In this document: positions 53,836-62,440 of the stretch, one piece after another
Layout: the number at the start of each line of letters is the position of its first letter
Numbering within the stretch: the first letter of the stretch is position 1
Translations under genes and position numbers: made by a program
The notes under the pieces: model-generated
What the model saw: the letters and a program-made list of their open reading frames with translations, nothing else
Databases searched by the model: none
What the model was told of the DNA's origin: nothing
Source: a virus
Strand: one strand, 5' to 3'
Length of the DNA: 64,000 nucleotides
IMG/VR virus record: IMGVR_UViG_3300034134_000022
Span: 1 to 64,000 of that record

Positions 53836-54408
53836 TTACACTGTGATGCCTGCTGCCTCCTTCACCTCGTCTGGCAGCGATCGCACTTTGCCGTAGCTCT
53901 CAGAAAATTTAATGAGGATATCGTACAGATGCTTGCCGCCTTCAGTTGTGCCAATCAAGCGGCTATACCAAACATCTTTGCCGTTCTTTTCAAAGCTGCG
54001 GCGAGTATAGGTTTCACCACGCCAGACCACGATTGCGGGACCAGAGCGATCGGCTTTGTGAATGGTCGCGCCAAATTCGTCCCAGTTAAAGGTTGAGTAA
54101 GCCTCCAACGGATAGACGAACCGACAGACCGTTTTGTTAATGATGGCGAGTGAAAGAAATTCGGCGATCGTATTGAGCTTGCCAACGGTGGCACCCATTT
54201 TGGAAAAGAGCGTGTTTTGCTGCCTGAGTAGCTCATTTTGCTCTCTCAACAGTTCATTGCGCTCTTGCTCAATTTCCAGGCGTTGCTCTTCAAAGTAAGT
54301 GAGTCGAGGTTCCATTTTAGGGAGGGATGAGGGGTGAAAGATCGCCCGTGCGGGGCAGAGGGGCGATCGCGAGTGGTTTTCAATTTGGCTAGTCCTGCCA
54401 AGATTCAT
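53836..54408 (-). CDS. hypothetical protein
   Basis: 190 aa; an alternative start is 54315 (MEPRLTYFEE). Coiled-coil N-terminus followed by a beta-rich C-terminus. Confidence 0.5.
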   Translation of the reverse strand: MNLGRTSQIENHSRSPLCPARAIFHPSSLPKMEPRLTYFEEQRLEIEQERNELLREQNELLRQQNTLFSKMGATVGKLNTIAEFLSLAIINKTVCRFVYPLEAYSTFNWDEFGATIHKADRSGPAIVVWRGETYTRRSFEKNGKDVWYSRLIGTTEGGKHLYDILIKFSESYGKVRSLPDEVKEAAGITV

Positions 54409-54423
54409 CGGTATTGGCTGGCA

Positions 54424-54666
54424 CTAGATCTGATCTTCCAGCTCTGTGATCAGTGCGTCGGCGTATTCAACAGCTTTTCTTGCTGCAATTTCTGGAGTGT
54501 CTAGCGCTCCATCTCCATCTTCAGCCCCTGCACAAAAAGCTCCATCGCCCGCCAAGTGCCCTGCCATCAGATGCAGCGCAAAATACTCGCGCTTGGTCAA
54601 CCCTGGCTGCCAGTAAGTGCTATTGGGATCGGTAGCCATAGGAAAAGCTTTGTCGTTAGAACTCAT
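54424..54666 (-). CDS. hypothetical protein
   Basis: 80 aa. GLTKREYFALHLMAG...AVEYADALITEL is a pattern seen in many small phage proteins. Confidence 0.5.
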   Translation of the reverse strand: MSSNDKAFPMATDPNSTYWQPGLTKREYFALHLMAGHLAGDGAFCAGAEDGDGALDTPEIAARKAVEYADALITELEDQI

Positions 54667-54729
54667 AGGATCTCCTGCTTAATTTACAAGTGCCCCTACT
54701 TGAGCGAGAGAGGCGATCGCGAGTGAGAA

Positions 54730-55101
54730 TCAAATGCCGACCAGTTCTCTCACTTCTATGCTGGTGAGCTGCTGGACAATCTCTTGGCGCACCTGGAGCT
54801 TGGCGACTGAGAACTCATTCCGCAGTTGGTCTAGATAAGTTAGAGCGTTGGCTTTTTCGTGGTTGATTCGGTTGCACTGCTTGGAGAGGTCTTGGTAAAC
54901 ATCGTCAGCACACAACAGTTCGTAGCGGCGAATATCCCGTTGCTTGTCGTTTTTGAGCGTCAGATCAAAGGCCACTTCAGCAGTGGCAGCATTTTCGCTA
55001 ACAGCAAGGCGAGTTTTCAAGTTAATGAGCATTGCCTCCAGCTCATTGAGGCTATTGGCGGCATTGGCGATCGCGCTGGGATAGTAGTCAAGTTTCAGCA
55101 T
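54730..55101 (-). CDS. hypothetical coiled-coil protein
   Basis: 123-aa ORF. Confidence 0.5.
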   Translation of the reverse strand: MLKLDYYPSAIANAANSLNELEAMLINLKTRLAVSENAATAEVAFDLTLKNDKQRDIRRYELLCADDVYQDLSKQCNRINHEKANALTYLDQLRNEFSVAKLQVRQEIVQQLTSIEVRELVGI

Positions 55102-55106
55102 GGTTT

Positions 55107-55394
55107 TTACCAGGTTCGGTGGATTAATAAACGGTGATTCTTGCGGGCTTTGAGCTTGCGTTCCAGAAGCCGAGCCTCTTGCTCAGTGTGGACGGTGGCA
55201 AACTTGATCACCCAGTACCCGATTCTCTGTTCGTTGCAGTAGCGCAGCATGGCGGCTCCGGTGCCTGCCCGATGCTGTTTCATCCGCTGGTTAAGATTTT
55301 TGCAACTGCCCAGGTAGTACTGAGCGCGATGTTTGGCATTTCCGAGAGGCTTGGCAAGTTCGATCAGATAGACGAATGCCATGCCAACCTCCAA
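55107..55394 (-). CDS. GIY-YIG domain nuclease (short form)
   Basis: FVYLIELAKPLGNAKHRAQYYLGSCKNLNQRMKQHRAGTGA. The start is probably ATG 55382. Confidence 0.55.
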   Translation of the reverse strand: MEVGMAFVYLIELAKPLGNAKHRAQYYLGSCKNLNQRMKQHRAGTGAAMLRYCNEQRIGYWVIKFATVHTEQEARLLERKLKARKNHRLLIHRTW

Positions 55395-55432
55395 GTTGGT
55401 GGGTGGGCATGATGCCCACCCGTAGAGGTTGA

Positions 55433-55744
55433 CTAAAAGGGCAGAGGCTTGATCAGTGCCAGTGTTGCCAGCCAGTCTTTGTTTTTGAGGTAGTAATCCC
55501 AGGCAGCGACGCGGCTTTGAAAGACGACTGATTTGCCGATCATTTCAACAGCGAAAACGTTGGTACGAAGCTTGTGGGGCTTTACATCGCCATAAAAGGA
55601 GTAAAGGTTGTGCAACTCTTCGATCTGTGGCACGGCTACGTCAGAAATTAGCTCAAGGCGATCGAGCATTGCCTTGACCTCTTCGACGCGACCAGAGCCG
55701 CGCTCATCAGCAACCGGGACAGTTTGAGCAAGTGTTGATACCAT
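55433..55744 (-). CDS. hypothetical protein (first gene of the leftward operon)
   Basis: The internal start MVSTLAQT was chosen because the predicted promoter lies downstream of the track's start at 55885. Confidence 0.45.
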   Translation of the reverse strand: MVSTLAQTVPVADERGSGRVEEVKAMLDRLELISDVAVPQIEELHNLYSFYGDVKPHKLRTNVFAVEMIGKSVVFQSRVAAWDYYLKNKDWLATLALIKPLPF

Positions 55745-55872
55745 GATTGTGAATTCCTGAATGACTATGAAGGATTCGCGCCTAGCCGTCTCTGGTGTTC
55801 CTCCCTGCAAGTTGGTCACTTCGAGGCGGCTTTGGCGTGTTTGGGCTTGGCTAATTGCCTCACCCAAACACC

Positions 55873-55901
55873 AATGTAACTCCACTCTAACTCTGTGTCA
55901 A
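55873..55901 (-). promoter_or_regulatory. sigma70-like promoter, leftward
   Basis: On the - strand: TTGACA (55896-55901), 17-nt spacer, TACATT (55873-55878). Confidence 0.45.
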
Positions 55902-55913
55902 CTCTAAAATGGG

Positions 55914-55943
55914 TTGACTTTATAGCTATCGCGCGGTTAGGCT
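55914..55943 (+). promoter_or_regulatory. sigma70-like promoter, rightward
   Basis: TTGACT (55914-55919), 18-nt spacer, TAGGCT (55938-55943), about 35 nt before ATG 55978. Confidence 0.4.
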
Positions 55944-55977
55944 ATGGCTGTACACTGCTGAAGTGGAGTTATTGATA

Positions 55978-56142
55978 ATGACCTTGGCGACAGTTAAAAA
56001 GAAGGTTTCTGCTTACCTGAGCGATGAGCTAAAAGCGGATGCTGATAAGTTGGCTGAACTGAATAAGCGCAGCTTGAGCAATCTGATTGAAGTGTTGTTG
56101 CAGGAGGCTGTTGATAAGGCTCGGCAGGAAGGCAAGCTGTGA
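55978..56142 (+). CDS. ribbon-helix-helix protein (54 aa)
   Basis: MTLATVKKKVSAYLSDELKADADKLAELNKRSLSNLIEVLLQEAV (beta strand plus two helices). Not in the ORF track (<60 aa). Its stop overlaps the next GTG. Confidence 0.55.
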   Translation: MTLATVKKKVSAYLSDELKADADKLAELNKRSLSNLIEVLLQEAVDKARQEGKL

Positions 56143-56738
56143 CCTGTGGGGTTTATCGCATAACCTTTCCCGCTACAGGTGATCAATATGTGGGAGCTTC
56201 CTACCTGATTGAAAAGCGGTGGCTTGAGCACAGATGCTTTGGTCCTAATCGACGATTCCGAGCTTTAGTCAAAAAGTACGGCGTTGATTCTTTTGTATTG
56301 GAAACATTAGAGGAGTGCCCAAAAGCAGAACTTGCCCTAAAAGAATCCGCGTGGAGATCTAAGCTTTGTCCATCGCTGAATATAAATTTCTCGACGAGCG
56401 ATCGACAGTGGAAAGCAAATAAAACCATTAAGATCTGTGATGGTTTGGGAACGCAAATGGAGCAAGCCCGAAAGCGAAAAGGTGTATCTGTTGCGCAGTT
56501 GTGCAGAAATGCTGAGATTAGTCGTAATTACTGGTATGCAATTGTTGCAGAGCAGGTTAGAGGCATGGTTGAAGAACCCACGTTTCGCAGGATTGAGGCT
56601 GCACTAGACGCAGATTTCAAGGTGCAATTCAATGACGAGATATGCAGAGCGCACAACGGTAGAGAGCGATCGCTAATACTGCTGCAAACGTTGGTTATTT
56701 CTGATTTCTGGAGTTTTTGTTATGGCTGGTTCGATTAA
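56139..56738 (+). CDS. GIY-YIG endonuclease fused to an XRE-type HTH
   Basis: CGVYRITFPATGDQYVGASYLIEKRWLEH, followed by KGVSVAQLCRNAEISRNYWYAIV. Confidence 0.65.
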   Translation: MTCGVYRITFPATGDQYVGASYLIEKRWLEHRCFGPNRRFRALVKKYGVDSFVLETLEECPKAELALKESAWRSKLCPSLNINFSTSDRQWKANKTIKICDGLGTQMEQARKRKGVSVAQLCRNAEISRNYWYAIVAEQVRGMVEEPTFRRIEAALDADFKVQFNDEICRAHNGRERSLILLQTLVISDFWSFCYGWFD

Positions 56739-57087
56739 CGTTTCTGATACTGCTCCTGAAGCTTCTGACTCTCTTGTGTCATTGCTACAAGTCTTGACTA
56801 ACCGTGCAGAGCCTTCCTATGAAGACAAGTCCGTCTGGGAGACAGCAACCTATGAGTTGTCTGATTCAACGCTGTCGGCGGTACGTGTTTCTTACGATGA
56901 GGGCGGCGTTAGTTTCTTAGTTCTCGATGGTGAGACGGAAGTCTTTCGGTTTGACGGTTCCACGCAAACTGTAGTTGAGGATGGTGAGGAGGTGCTTGCG
57001 TTTGACGGTACTGGCACACTGTCGCTCAACCATTTGACCACTGAGCAGGTAGAACAATTACGTCGCGCTGCGGCACAGGGAGTTTGA
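56722..57087 (+). CDS. hypothetical acidic protein
   Basis: 121-aa ORF. Confidence 0.45.
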   Translation: MAGSINVSDTAPEASDSLVSLLQVLTNRAEPSYEDKSVWETATYELSDSTLSAVRVSYDEGGVSFLVLDGETEVFRFDGSTQTVVEDGEEVLAFDGTGTLSLNHLTTEQVEQLRRAAAQGV

Positions 57088-57217
57088 CTTATGAGCTTGG
57101 CAAACGATTAGTGAATGGCTGCAACCGCAATTGGCTGATGCGTATGCGCTGGGGAAGGCGATCACGCTGCTGCCTGGAGGTAAGCCTTAGTAGTTTCAAA
57201 TATTTAAGGAGAACATT

Positions 57218-57832
57218 ATGATTGAGCAGCAAATTAGTCAAAAGCTTTCTGAAATACAATCAGAAGCTTCCGACTTAGATTCCATAACAAAATCATTTAT
57301 TAGTGCTGCTGTAAGATTTTTTCAGCAGAAGACGAATGAGTTTGTTGAAGAAGGTATAAGAAGTCATCCTGACAAGGTGAAAGAGCTAGGGAAAGCAGGT
57401 CTTAAACCAATTAAGGATCAAATAAACAGGTTCATTGCTAATTCAGATGATCACGTTACGGAGATCTTAGATCGCAAAGAACTTTGGAAGCATAGGCAGG
57501 AAGGAATCAAACTAAGTAGCCTCTCCTTCGGAGATTACATGGTTCACGGGAATCGTGCTCCCGACATTTTAGATGAAGCTATCAAAAGTTTGTTCTTTCC
57601 TATAGGCGGATTCTTGTTAGAGCATGGTTTAACTAGAGAATCTGATTGGGTCATACAAGCACCTGGGCGCGCACGGTATAAATACGCTCTTTCTTGGTCA
57701 GAAGAGATGCTTCAAGTAATGAAGTCATTTGAGAACAAGTTTAATGAGTTCTATAAGCTACACGAAGCGTTGGATAAGTTGGAGCGCAAAAAATCTGAGA
57801 ATGAAGCGTTAGATACTTGGAACAGCGTTTAG
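57218..57832 (+). CDS. hypothetical protein (AT-rich moron)
   Basis: 204 aa. AAGGAG lies 7 nt upstream. Markedly AT-rich and HIP1-free. Confidence 0.55.
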   Translation: MIEQQISQKLSEIQSEASDLDSITKSFISAAVRFFQQKTNEFVEEGIRSHPDKVKELGKAGLKPIKDQINRFIANSDDHVTEILDRKELWKHRQEGIKLSSLSFGDYMVHGNRAPDILDEAIKSLFFPIGGFLLEHGLTRESDWVIQAPGRARYKYALSWSEEMLQVMKSFENKFNEFYKLHEALDKLERKKSENEALDTWNSV

Positions 57833-57960
57833 CCAGCCGAGCATTTAACTAAACTGAACTAACTTGATGGTGTTCGTGTTTGTTGATGGAGTTGGCAACT
57901 AATCTGCTCTCAGCTCCTGATTATTGCGGGAAAGCTACAGCAGTGCATCTGTAGTGACTT

Positions 57961-58644
57961 ATGACTCTTATACCCATCCACGAAACGTTCCAGCAAACAT
58001 TGCAGGGAGAAGGCTATTGGGCTGGCTCTCCCGTTGATTTTGTGAGGCTTGCTGGGTGCCCTCTTTCTTGCTCATTCTGTGACACTGGTTACGCCGACGG
58101 CGGCAAAAACACTCCCAGAACTGAACGCAGCATCGATGACCTGGTGAGCGAAACCCGATCTCCCCGTGTCGTCATTTCTGGCGGCGAACCGTTCATCCAC
58201 AAACAACTGCCTGCCCTGGTTGATGCTCTGGAGTTGACAGGTAAACAAGTCTGTATTGAAACCTCTGGCGCGTTCTGGCAGCCGGTGTCTGCAACTGCCT
58301 GGGTCACACTCTCCCCGAAGCAGCACATCTCACCGAAATATCCTGTCCATCCAGTCATGTGGCTACGCGCAGACGAGATCAAAATTGTCATTGCCACTGG
58401 CGTAGAGGTTGACTTTTACGATCGCCACATACGTTATTGGTCAACGGACTGGCACGACTGGGCAAGCCAGCACCTGAAAGAGTTTGAAGCGTACCTTCAA
58501 CGGCTATCACCAACTAAACATATCTTCTTGCAGCCCGAATGGGGTGATAGGGAGCGCACATTGCCGCTGGTATTGAATTTGTTGCAGAAGCACCCAAATA
58601 TGCGGCTCTCGGTGCAGCTCCATAAGCTGATAGGAGTGCAGTAA
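57961..58644 (+). CDS. queE: 7-carboxy-7-deazaguanine synthase (radical SAM)
   Basis: [37 protein letters not shown]...VVISGGEPF...IETSG...VTLSPK...FLQPE...LSVQLHK is colinear with E. coli QueE. Confidence 0.9.
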   Translation: MTLIPIHETFQQTLQGEGYWAGSPVDFVRLAGCPLSCSFCDTGYADGGKNTPRTERSIDDLVSETRSPRVVISGGEPFIHKQLPALVDALELTGKQVCIETSGAFWQPVSATAWVTLSPKQHISPKYPVHPVMWLRADEIKIVIATGVEVDFYDRHIRYWSTDWHDWASQHLKEFEAYLQRLSPTKHIFLQPEWGDRERTLPLVLNLLQKHPNMRLSVQLHKLIGVQ

Positions 58645-59099
58645 TGAGCCAGTCACATTATCCGCCGGAGTTGCAGGGCAAAATCGCGCCCTATCGGCAG
58701 GCGATCGCCCATCCTACTCGCCCAAGTCCCATCCTTTTTCACTACCAGATCAGCACCACCATGCGCCGGCAGCACGGCAACCCGCCGATCTGGACTGATT
58801 TCCACTACCATGATTTTCGTGTGACGTTGCATCTGCAAGCCATGCTCGAACCGGCTGCGATGTACGGTATCGATATGGTCGAAGCAGAACTGCGGCTGCG
58901 CGACTGGGCAGAGCAATTGCCAGAGGTTGTAAACAATCACCCAAGCTGTCAGGGCGGCACCACTGAGGAACTTTGCTTGTACTTCGTTCAAATGCCGCTG
59001 GATGCTCACATGACGCTGCTGCGCGTGGATGTGTCGGAGGTGACAGAGCGAGTGACTAGCCTGATTCTGACTCGCTCTATGCCCCTGGACTGCAACTGA
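58644..59099 (+). CDS. divergent QueD/PTPS-like T-fold protein
   Basis: HYHDFRVTLHL...YGIDMVEAELRLRDWAEQL...NHP..GGTTEELCLYF...LLRVDVSEVTE parallels QueD HGHSFMVRLEI...IIDFAELK...PTSEVLA. ATGA overlap with queE. Confidence 0.55.
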   Translation: MSQSHYPPELQGKIAPYRQAIAHPTRPSPILFHYQISTTMRRQHGNPPIWTDFHYHDFRVTLHLQAMLEPAAMYGIDMVEAELRLRDWAEQLPEVVNNHPSCQGGTTEELCLYFVQMPLDAHMTLLRVDVSEVTERVTSLILTRSMPLDCN

Positions 59100-59138
59100 G
59101 CTAAAGCTTCACCCGTTACGGGAATTCCCGTAACGGTA

Positions 59139-59573
59139 TCAAGCATCAGTTTCCTCGGCAGTCACTTCAACCGTTAGACCCATCGCTAAATCATCGTCTT
59201 GGTCGTCTTCAATCTCGGCGTTGAGTACAACAACACCCGTGCCACAACCACTGCCAAAGACCTCTTGAAAGGTGAAATAGTGCTTCTCCGGCTGCACGAT
59301 CGTCACACGCGATTGGTGATACTGCACAGGTTTGCCGCACTGTCCTCGCATCATCACCCAGACGCAACCGGGACGAGTGCGGGCGGTTTTAATTTTGAGT
59401 GCTTGCCTGCCGCCGTTGGTGGAATGGAGAAACTCCGGATCGAAAAGCTCGTAGCCACGAACCCAATAGCTCTCTCGATCCTTTTGATATAGCAGGGCAA
59501 TTTCAGGTCGGGAAGCAGCTTTGACGATCGCGCTTGTCGCAGCAGCAGCCGTCTTTGTGGCAAGTTTACCCAT
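59139..59573 (-). CDS. hypothetical protein
   Basis: 144 aa with an acidic C-terminus. Confidence 0.5.
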   Translation of the reverse strand: MGKLATKTAAAATSAIVKAASRPEIALLYQKDRESYWVRGYELFDPEFLHSTNGGRQALKIKTARTRPGCVWVMMRGQCGKPVQYHQSRVTIVQPEKHYFTFQEVFGSGCGTGVVVLNAEIEDDQDDDLAMGLTVEVTAEETDA

Positions 59574-59696
59574 GCTTTTTCCCTGTATCAGGATAGAGCA
59601 ATTGTACTATTCTTCGATGTAAAATAAATGGGCACGATCGCATTCTGCTAGTAACAGAACGCGATCGCTAACCAGCACTTTGTTAGGAGCAAAGCA

Positions 59697-60488
59697 ATGG
59701 CTGAATCTAATTTACCGGAGTTTGATCCGGTAAAGTTTTATCTTGGGAAAGTCTGCAAACGGCTGCACAATTGGCACTTCACGGGAAAAAGCCTACGCTA
59801 TCGAAGCACTTCTGTTTGTATAGAGTGCCATAAATTTCATCAATCGCAACCCCAAACAATTCAGAAGAAGATCTGCTATCGAGAAGCAAATCGTGAACGG
59901 TTGCGCCAAGTAAGTCATGACAGATATTGGTTAGATCCACAAAAGTATAGTGCTCAAATGAGACTACACCGAGAGGCTAACCGTGAGCATTGTAAGCGTA
60001 TTCGATTAGCCAGGTATGCAAGAAACCCTCAAAAAATCAAGTTAGCCGTCAAGAGATACTACCTTCGGCACCGAGAAGAGATTTTGGAGCGCTATAGGCA
60101 ATCTTATCGGCAAGACCCTGCAAAGCGAAGGATTAAGCTTCAAGCGAACCGCAAGCGTAAAGCGATGAAGCGCGGCAATCATAGTGTTCCGGTTACTAAA
60201 GAGCAACTTCAAAGACGACTTGATTATTTTGATGGTTGCTGTGCTTACTGTGATCATGCACCAGTCGCTAGCTTGACCATCGATCATTTCATACCCGTTG
60301 CAAAAGGCGGCGCTGATTGTCTTGGAAATATTGTTCCGGCTTGTTTAAATTGCAATATCGAAAAGCGCGATAGAGATCCAAAAAAATGGTTTCAAGCTCA
60401 ACCCTTCTATTCAAAGAGAAGATGGCTGGAAATCTTGAGCCTTTTAGGAAAATCTGACGAGAACTATGACCAAATCCCGCTTCTCTGA
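59697..60488 (+). CDS. HNH endonuclease
   Basis: CAYCDH...LTIDHFIPVAKGGADCLGNIVPACLNCNIEKRDR, with a basic Arg/Lys-rich repeat region N-terminal to it. Confidence 0.75.
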   Translation: MAESNLPEFDPVKFYLGKVCKRLHNWHFTGKSLRYRSTSVCIECHKFHQSQPQTIQKKICYREANRERLRQVSHDRYWLDPQKYSAQMRLHREANREHCKRIRLARYARNPQKIKLAVKRYYLRHREEILERYRQSYRQDPAKRRIKLQANRKRKAMKRGNHSVPVTKEQLQRRLDYFDGCCAYCDHAPVASLTIDHFIPVAKGGADCLGNIVPACLNCNIEKRDRDPKKWFQAQPFYSKRRWLEILSLLGKSDENYDQIPLL

Positions 60489-60492
60489 TCAG

Positions 60493-60498
60493 GGGAAC
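60493..60498 (+). promoter_or_regulatory. GGGAAC box
   Basis: GGGAACTCTACG, 36 nt upstream of ATG 60529. The stem GAACTCT/AGAGTTC includes part of the box. Confidence 0.3.
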
Positions 60499-60528
60499 TC
60501 TACGGGGGTGCATCTACGAGAGTTCATT

Positions 60529-61413
60529 ATGTTGAATAGTTTTGAGGCGGAGATCCAATGGCTCTCCCCAATGGATTTGATTGGTTACGTCAATAACGTT
60601 AAGCAGCATCCTCAGTGGCAGATTGACCGCATAGCCAGCAGTATCGCTGAGTTTGGGTTTACTGTTCCAGTTGTTATTGATAGCCGCAAGGTTCTCATTG
60701 CTGGGCATGGAAGGTTAGAAGCTGCGAGAAAATTAGGGTTAGAAAAGATTCCCGTTATTGTCCGCAATGACTTGACCCCAGCGCAGGTTAAAGCGCTGCG
60801 AATTGCTGACAACCGAGTCGCAGAATCGCCCTGGGATATGGACTCCCTCAAAGTCGAACTGGAGTCACTCTCCGAAATGAACTTCGATTTAGAACTGACC
60901 GGGTTTAGCCTGGACGAATGCGGTAGCCTGTTCAACCTAGGCACGATCGACTTTCAGGGTGCTCAAATCTTTGGAGAGTCCGGCATACCCACAGAACCGA
61001 AACAGCCTGAAGGCTCTCACGCATTGCCTAATGACGGGCAAGTGCTGTTGCCTCATGGCTCTGCACCACTAGAATCGGGTAACAATGAGCTAGTCAAGTC
61101 AGACGGCTCACTGCTCGAGCTAACCCAGATTACGATCGCTGAGCCGCTGCACCAGGTCGAAAAAGGTCAGGTGTGGAAAGTGGGTCCGCATATCCTGGTC
61201 GTTGCCGAAGTGCTGACCGAATGGCAAAGCTGGAAAGACTTTTTGACCGGCGATCGCACTATCTTTGCGCCCTATCCTGGTCCGTTTGTGCCGCTGACCG
61301 TTAAGGCTGAAGAGCATCATCTCGTGATGGTGCAGCCCGACACTTACATTGCTGGGCACATCCTTGACCAGTATGAAGCTGTGAAAGGTCAGGGGAGTGT
61401 TAGCCGTGGTTAA
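60529..61413 (+). CDS. ParB N-terminal domain protein with a decayed methyltransferase-like tail (DpdB-like candidate)
   Basis: ParBc pattern: DLIGYVNNVKQHPQWQIDRIASSIAEFGFTVPVVIDSRKVLIAGHGRLEAARKLG. The C-terminus reads GQVWKVGPH...APYPGP. The track ORF starts at 60466. Confidence 0.6.
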   Translation: MLNSFEAEIQWLSPMDLIGYVNNVKQHPQWQIDRIASSIAEFGFTVPVVIDSRKVLIAGHGRLEAARKLGLEKIPVIVRNDLTPAQVKALRIADNRVAESPWDMDSLKVELESLSEMNFDLELTGFSLDECGSLFNLGTIDFQGAQIFGESGIPTEPKQPEGSHALPNDGQVLLPHGSAPLESGNNELVKSDGSLLELTQITIAEPLHQVEKGQVWKVGPHILVVAEVLTEWQSWKDFLTGDRTIFAPYPGPFVPLTVKAEEHHLVMVQPDTYIAGHILDQYEAVKGQGSVSRG

Positions 61414-62365
61414 CCGACAAACTCCAAGCAAATCTGATTCACTTTCTGGCGATCGTGTCGGCGTGCAAAAAACAGGTGGAGGCACCTTCGATCCAGCCGA
61501 GGAAAATGTCTATTTCCTGGCCTCCGGTGTCGGTCGTCTTGCCATTGCCGAGCCTGTCTATGATCATCTGCTGATTGCCGTCAACGAACTCAACTCCGAG
61601 TCAGAACTGCAACACATCAGCGCCTGGTGCGATCGTGGCAAAAAGATCTTCATTGACTCTGGCATCTACCACCTAACGCAAGAACACGCGAAGGCTCACC
61701 GTTGCTCAATGGATCACGCGCTTGGCTTGCCACCCGATGAAATTGACGGCTTCAACGACCTGTTGGAGCGCTATGTCGAAATCTATCGGCGCTTGGGAGA
61801 CAAGTGTTGGGGCTTCATTGAGCTTGACCAGGGCGGGCGTGAGAACAAAATCAAGACCCGCGCCATGCTAGAAGACATGGGGCTTCGCCCCATTCCCGTG
61901 TATCACCCGTTCAACGATGGTTGGGACTACTTTGACTATCTGGCAGAGCGGTACGATCGCATCTGCTTCGGCAACGTGGTGCAGGCTGATCGGGAGACTC
62001 GGAAGCGCCTGGTCGCTACTGCCTGGGAACGGCATCGCAAGTATCCCGACCTTTGGATTCACTTGCTAGGGCTAACTCCTAACGAATGGCTCAACGCCAT
62101 GCCGATCAACTCTGGCGATTCCTCAAGCTGGTTGAGCTGCGTCCGCTGGAGCGGTGGCTATCGGGAGAAAGCAAATGGTAAATCGGTTGGTGATTTGCCC
62201 CGCAACTATATGTATCAGTACGGCGCAGATGCCGGATCGCCACGGGGCAATAACAAGGCTGTAGAAATGAGTGCCTATGGCTCCTTTATGCAGATGCGGA
62301 ACTGGCGGAATCACATTCAGGCGTTGAAAGACCTGGGCTGTGAAGTTTATCCGGCTCCCAATTGA
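61397..62365 (+). CDS. dpdA: DpdA-like DNA guanine transglycosylase (TGT fold)
   Basis: IFIDSGIYHL, GFIELDQGG, IHLLGLTP and NSGDSSSW resemble TGT/DpdA conserved blocks. Gene context is queE and queD. The GTG start overlaps the ParB-like gene by 17 nt. Confidence 0.5.
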   Translation: MLAVVNRQTPSKSDSLSGDRVGVQKTGGGTFDPAEENVYFLASGVGRLAIAEPVYDHLLIAVNELNSESELQHISAWCDRGKKIFIDSGIYHLTQEHAKAHRCSMDHALGLPPDEIDGFNDLLERYVEIYRRLGDKCWGFIELDQGGRENKIKTRAMLEDMGLRPIPVYHPFNDGWDYFDYLAERYDRICFGNVVQADRETRKRLVATAWERHRKYPDLWIHLLGLTPNEWLNAMPINSGDSSSWLSCVRWSGGYREKANGKSVGDLPRNYMYQYGADAGSPRGNNKAVEMSAYGSFMQMRNWRNHIQALKDLGCEVYPAPN

Positions 62366-62440
62366 TCTGTCGATGAAACGGCAAAACGTCAACAAATGTC
62401 CGCTCTTATGTTGACGAAACTGCCAAAAATCGACACATCA

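Noticed and set aside
55401-55421. Palindrome GGGTGGGCAT-G-ATGCCCACCC between 55433 and 55394 as a terminator.
   Set aside because: There is no T-run on the transcribed (-) strand, and it lies between two genes of one operon. It may be an mRNA-stabilising hairpin, but nothing more can be said.
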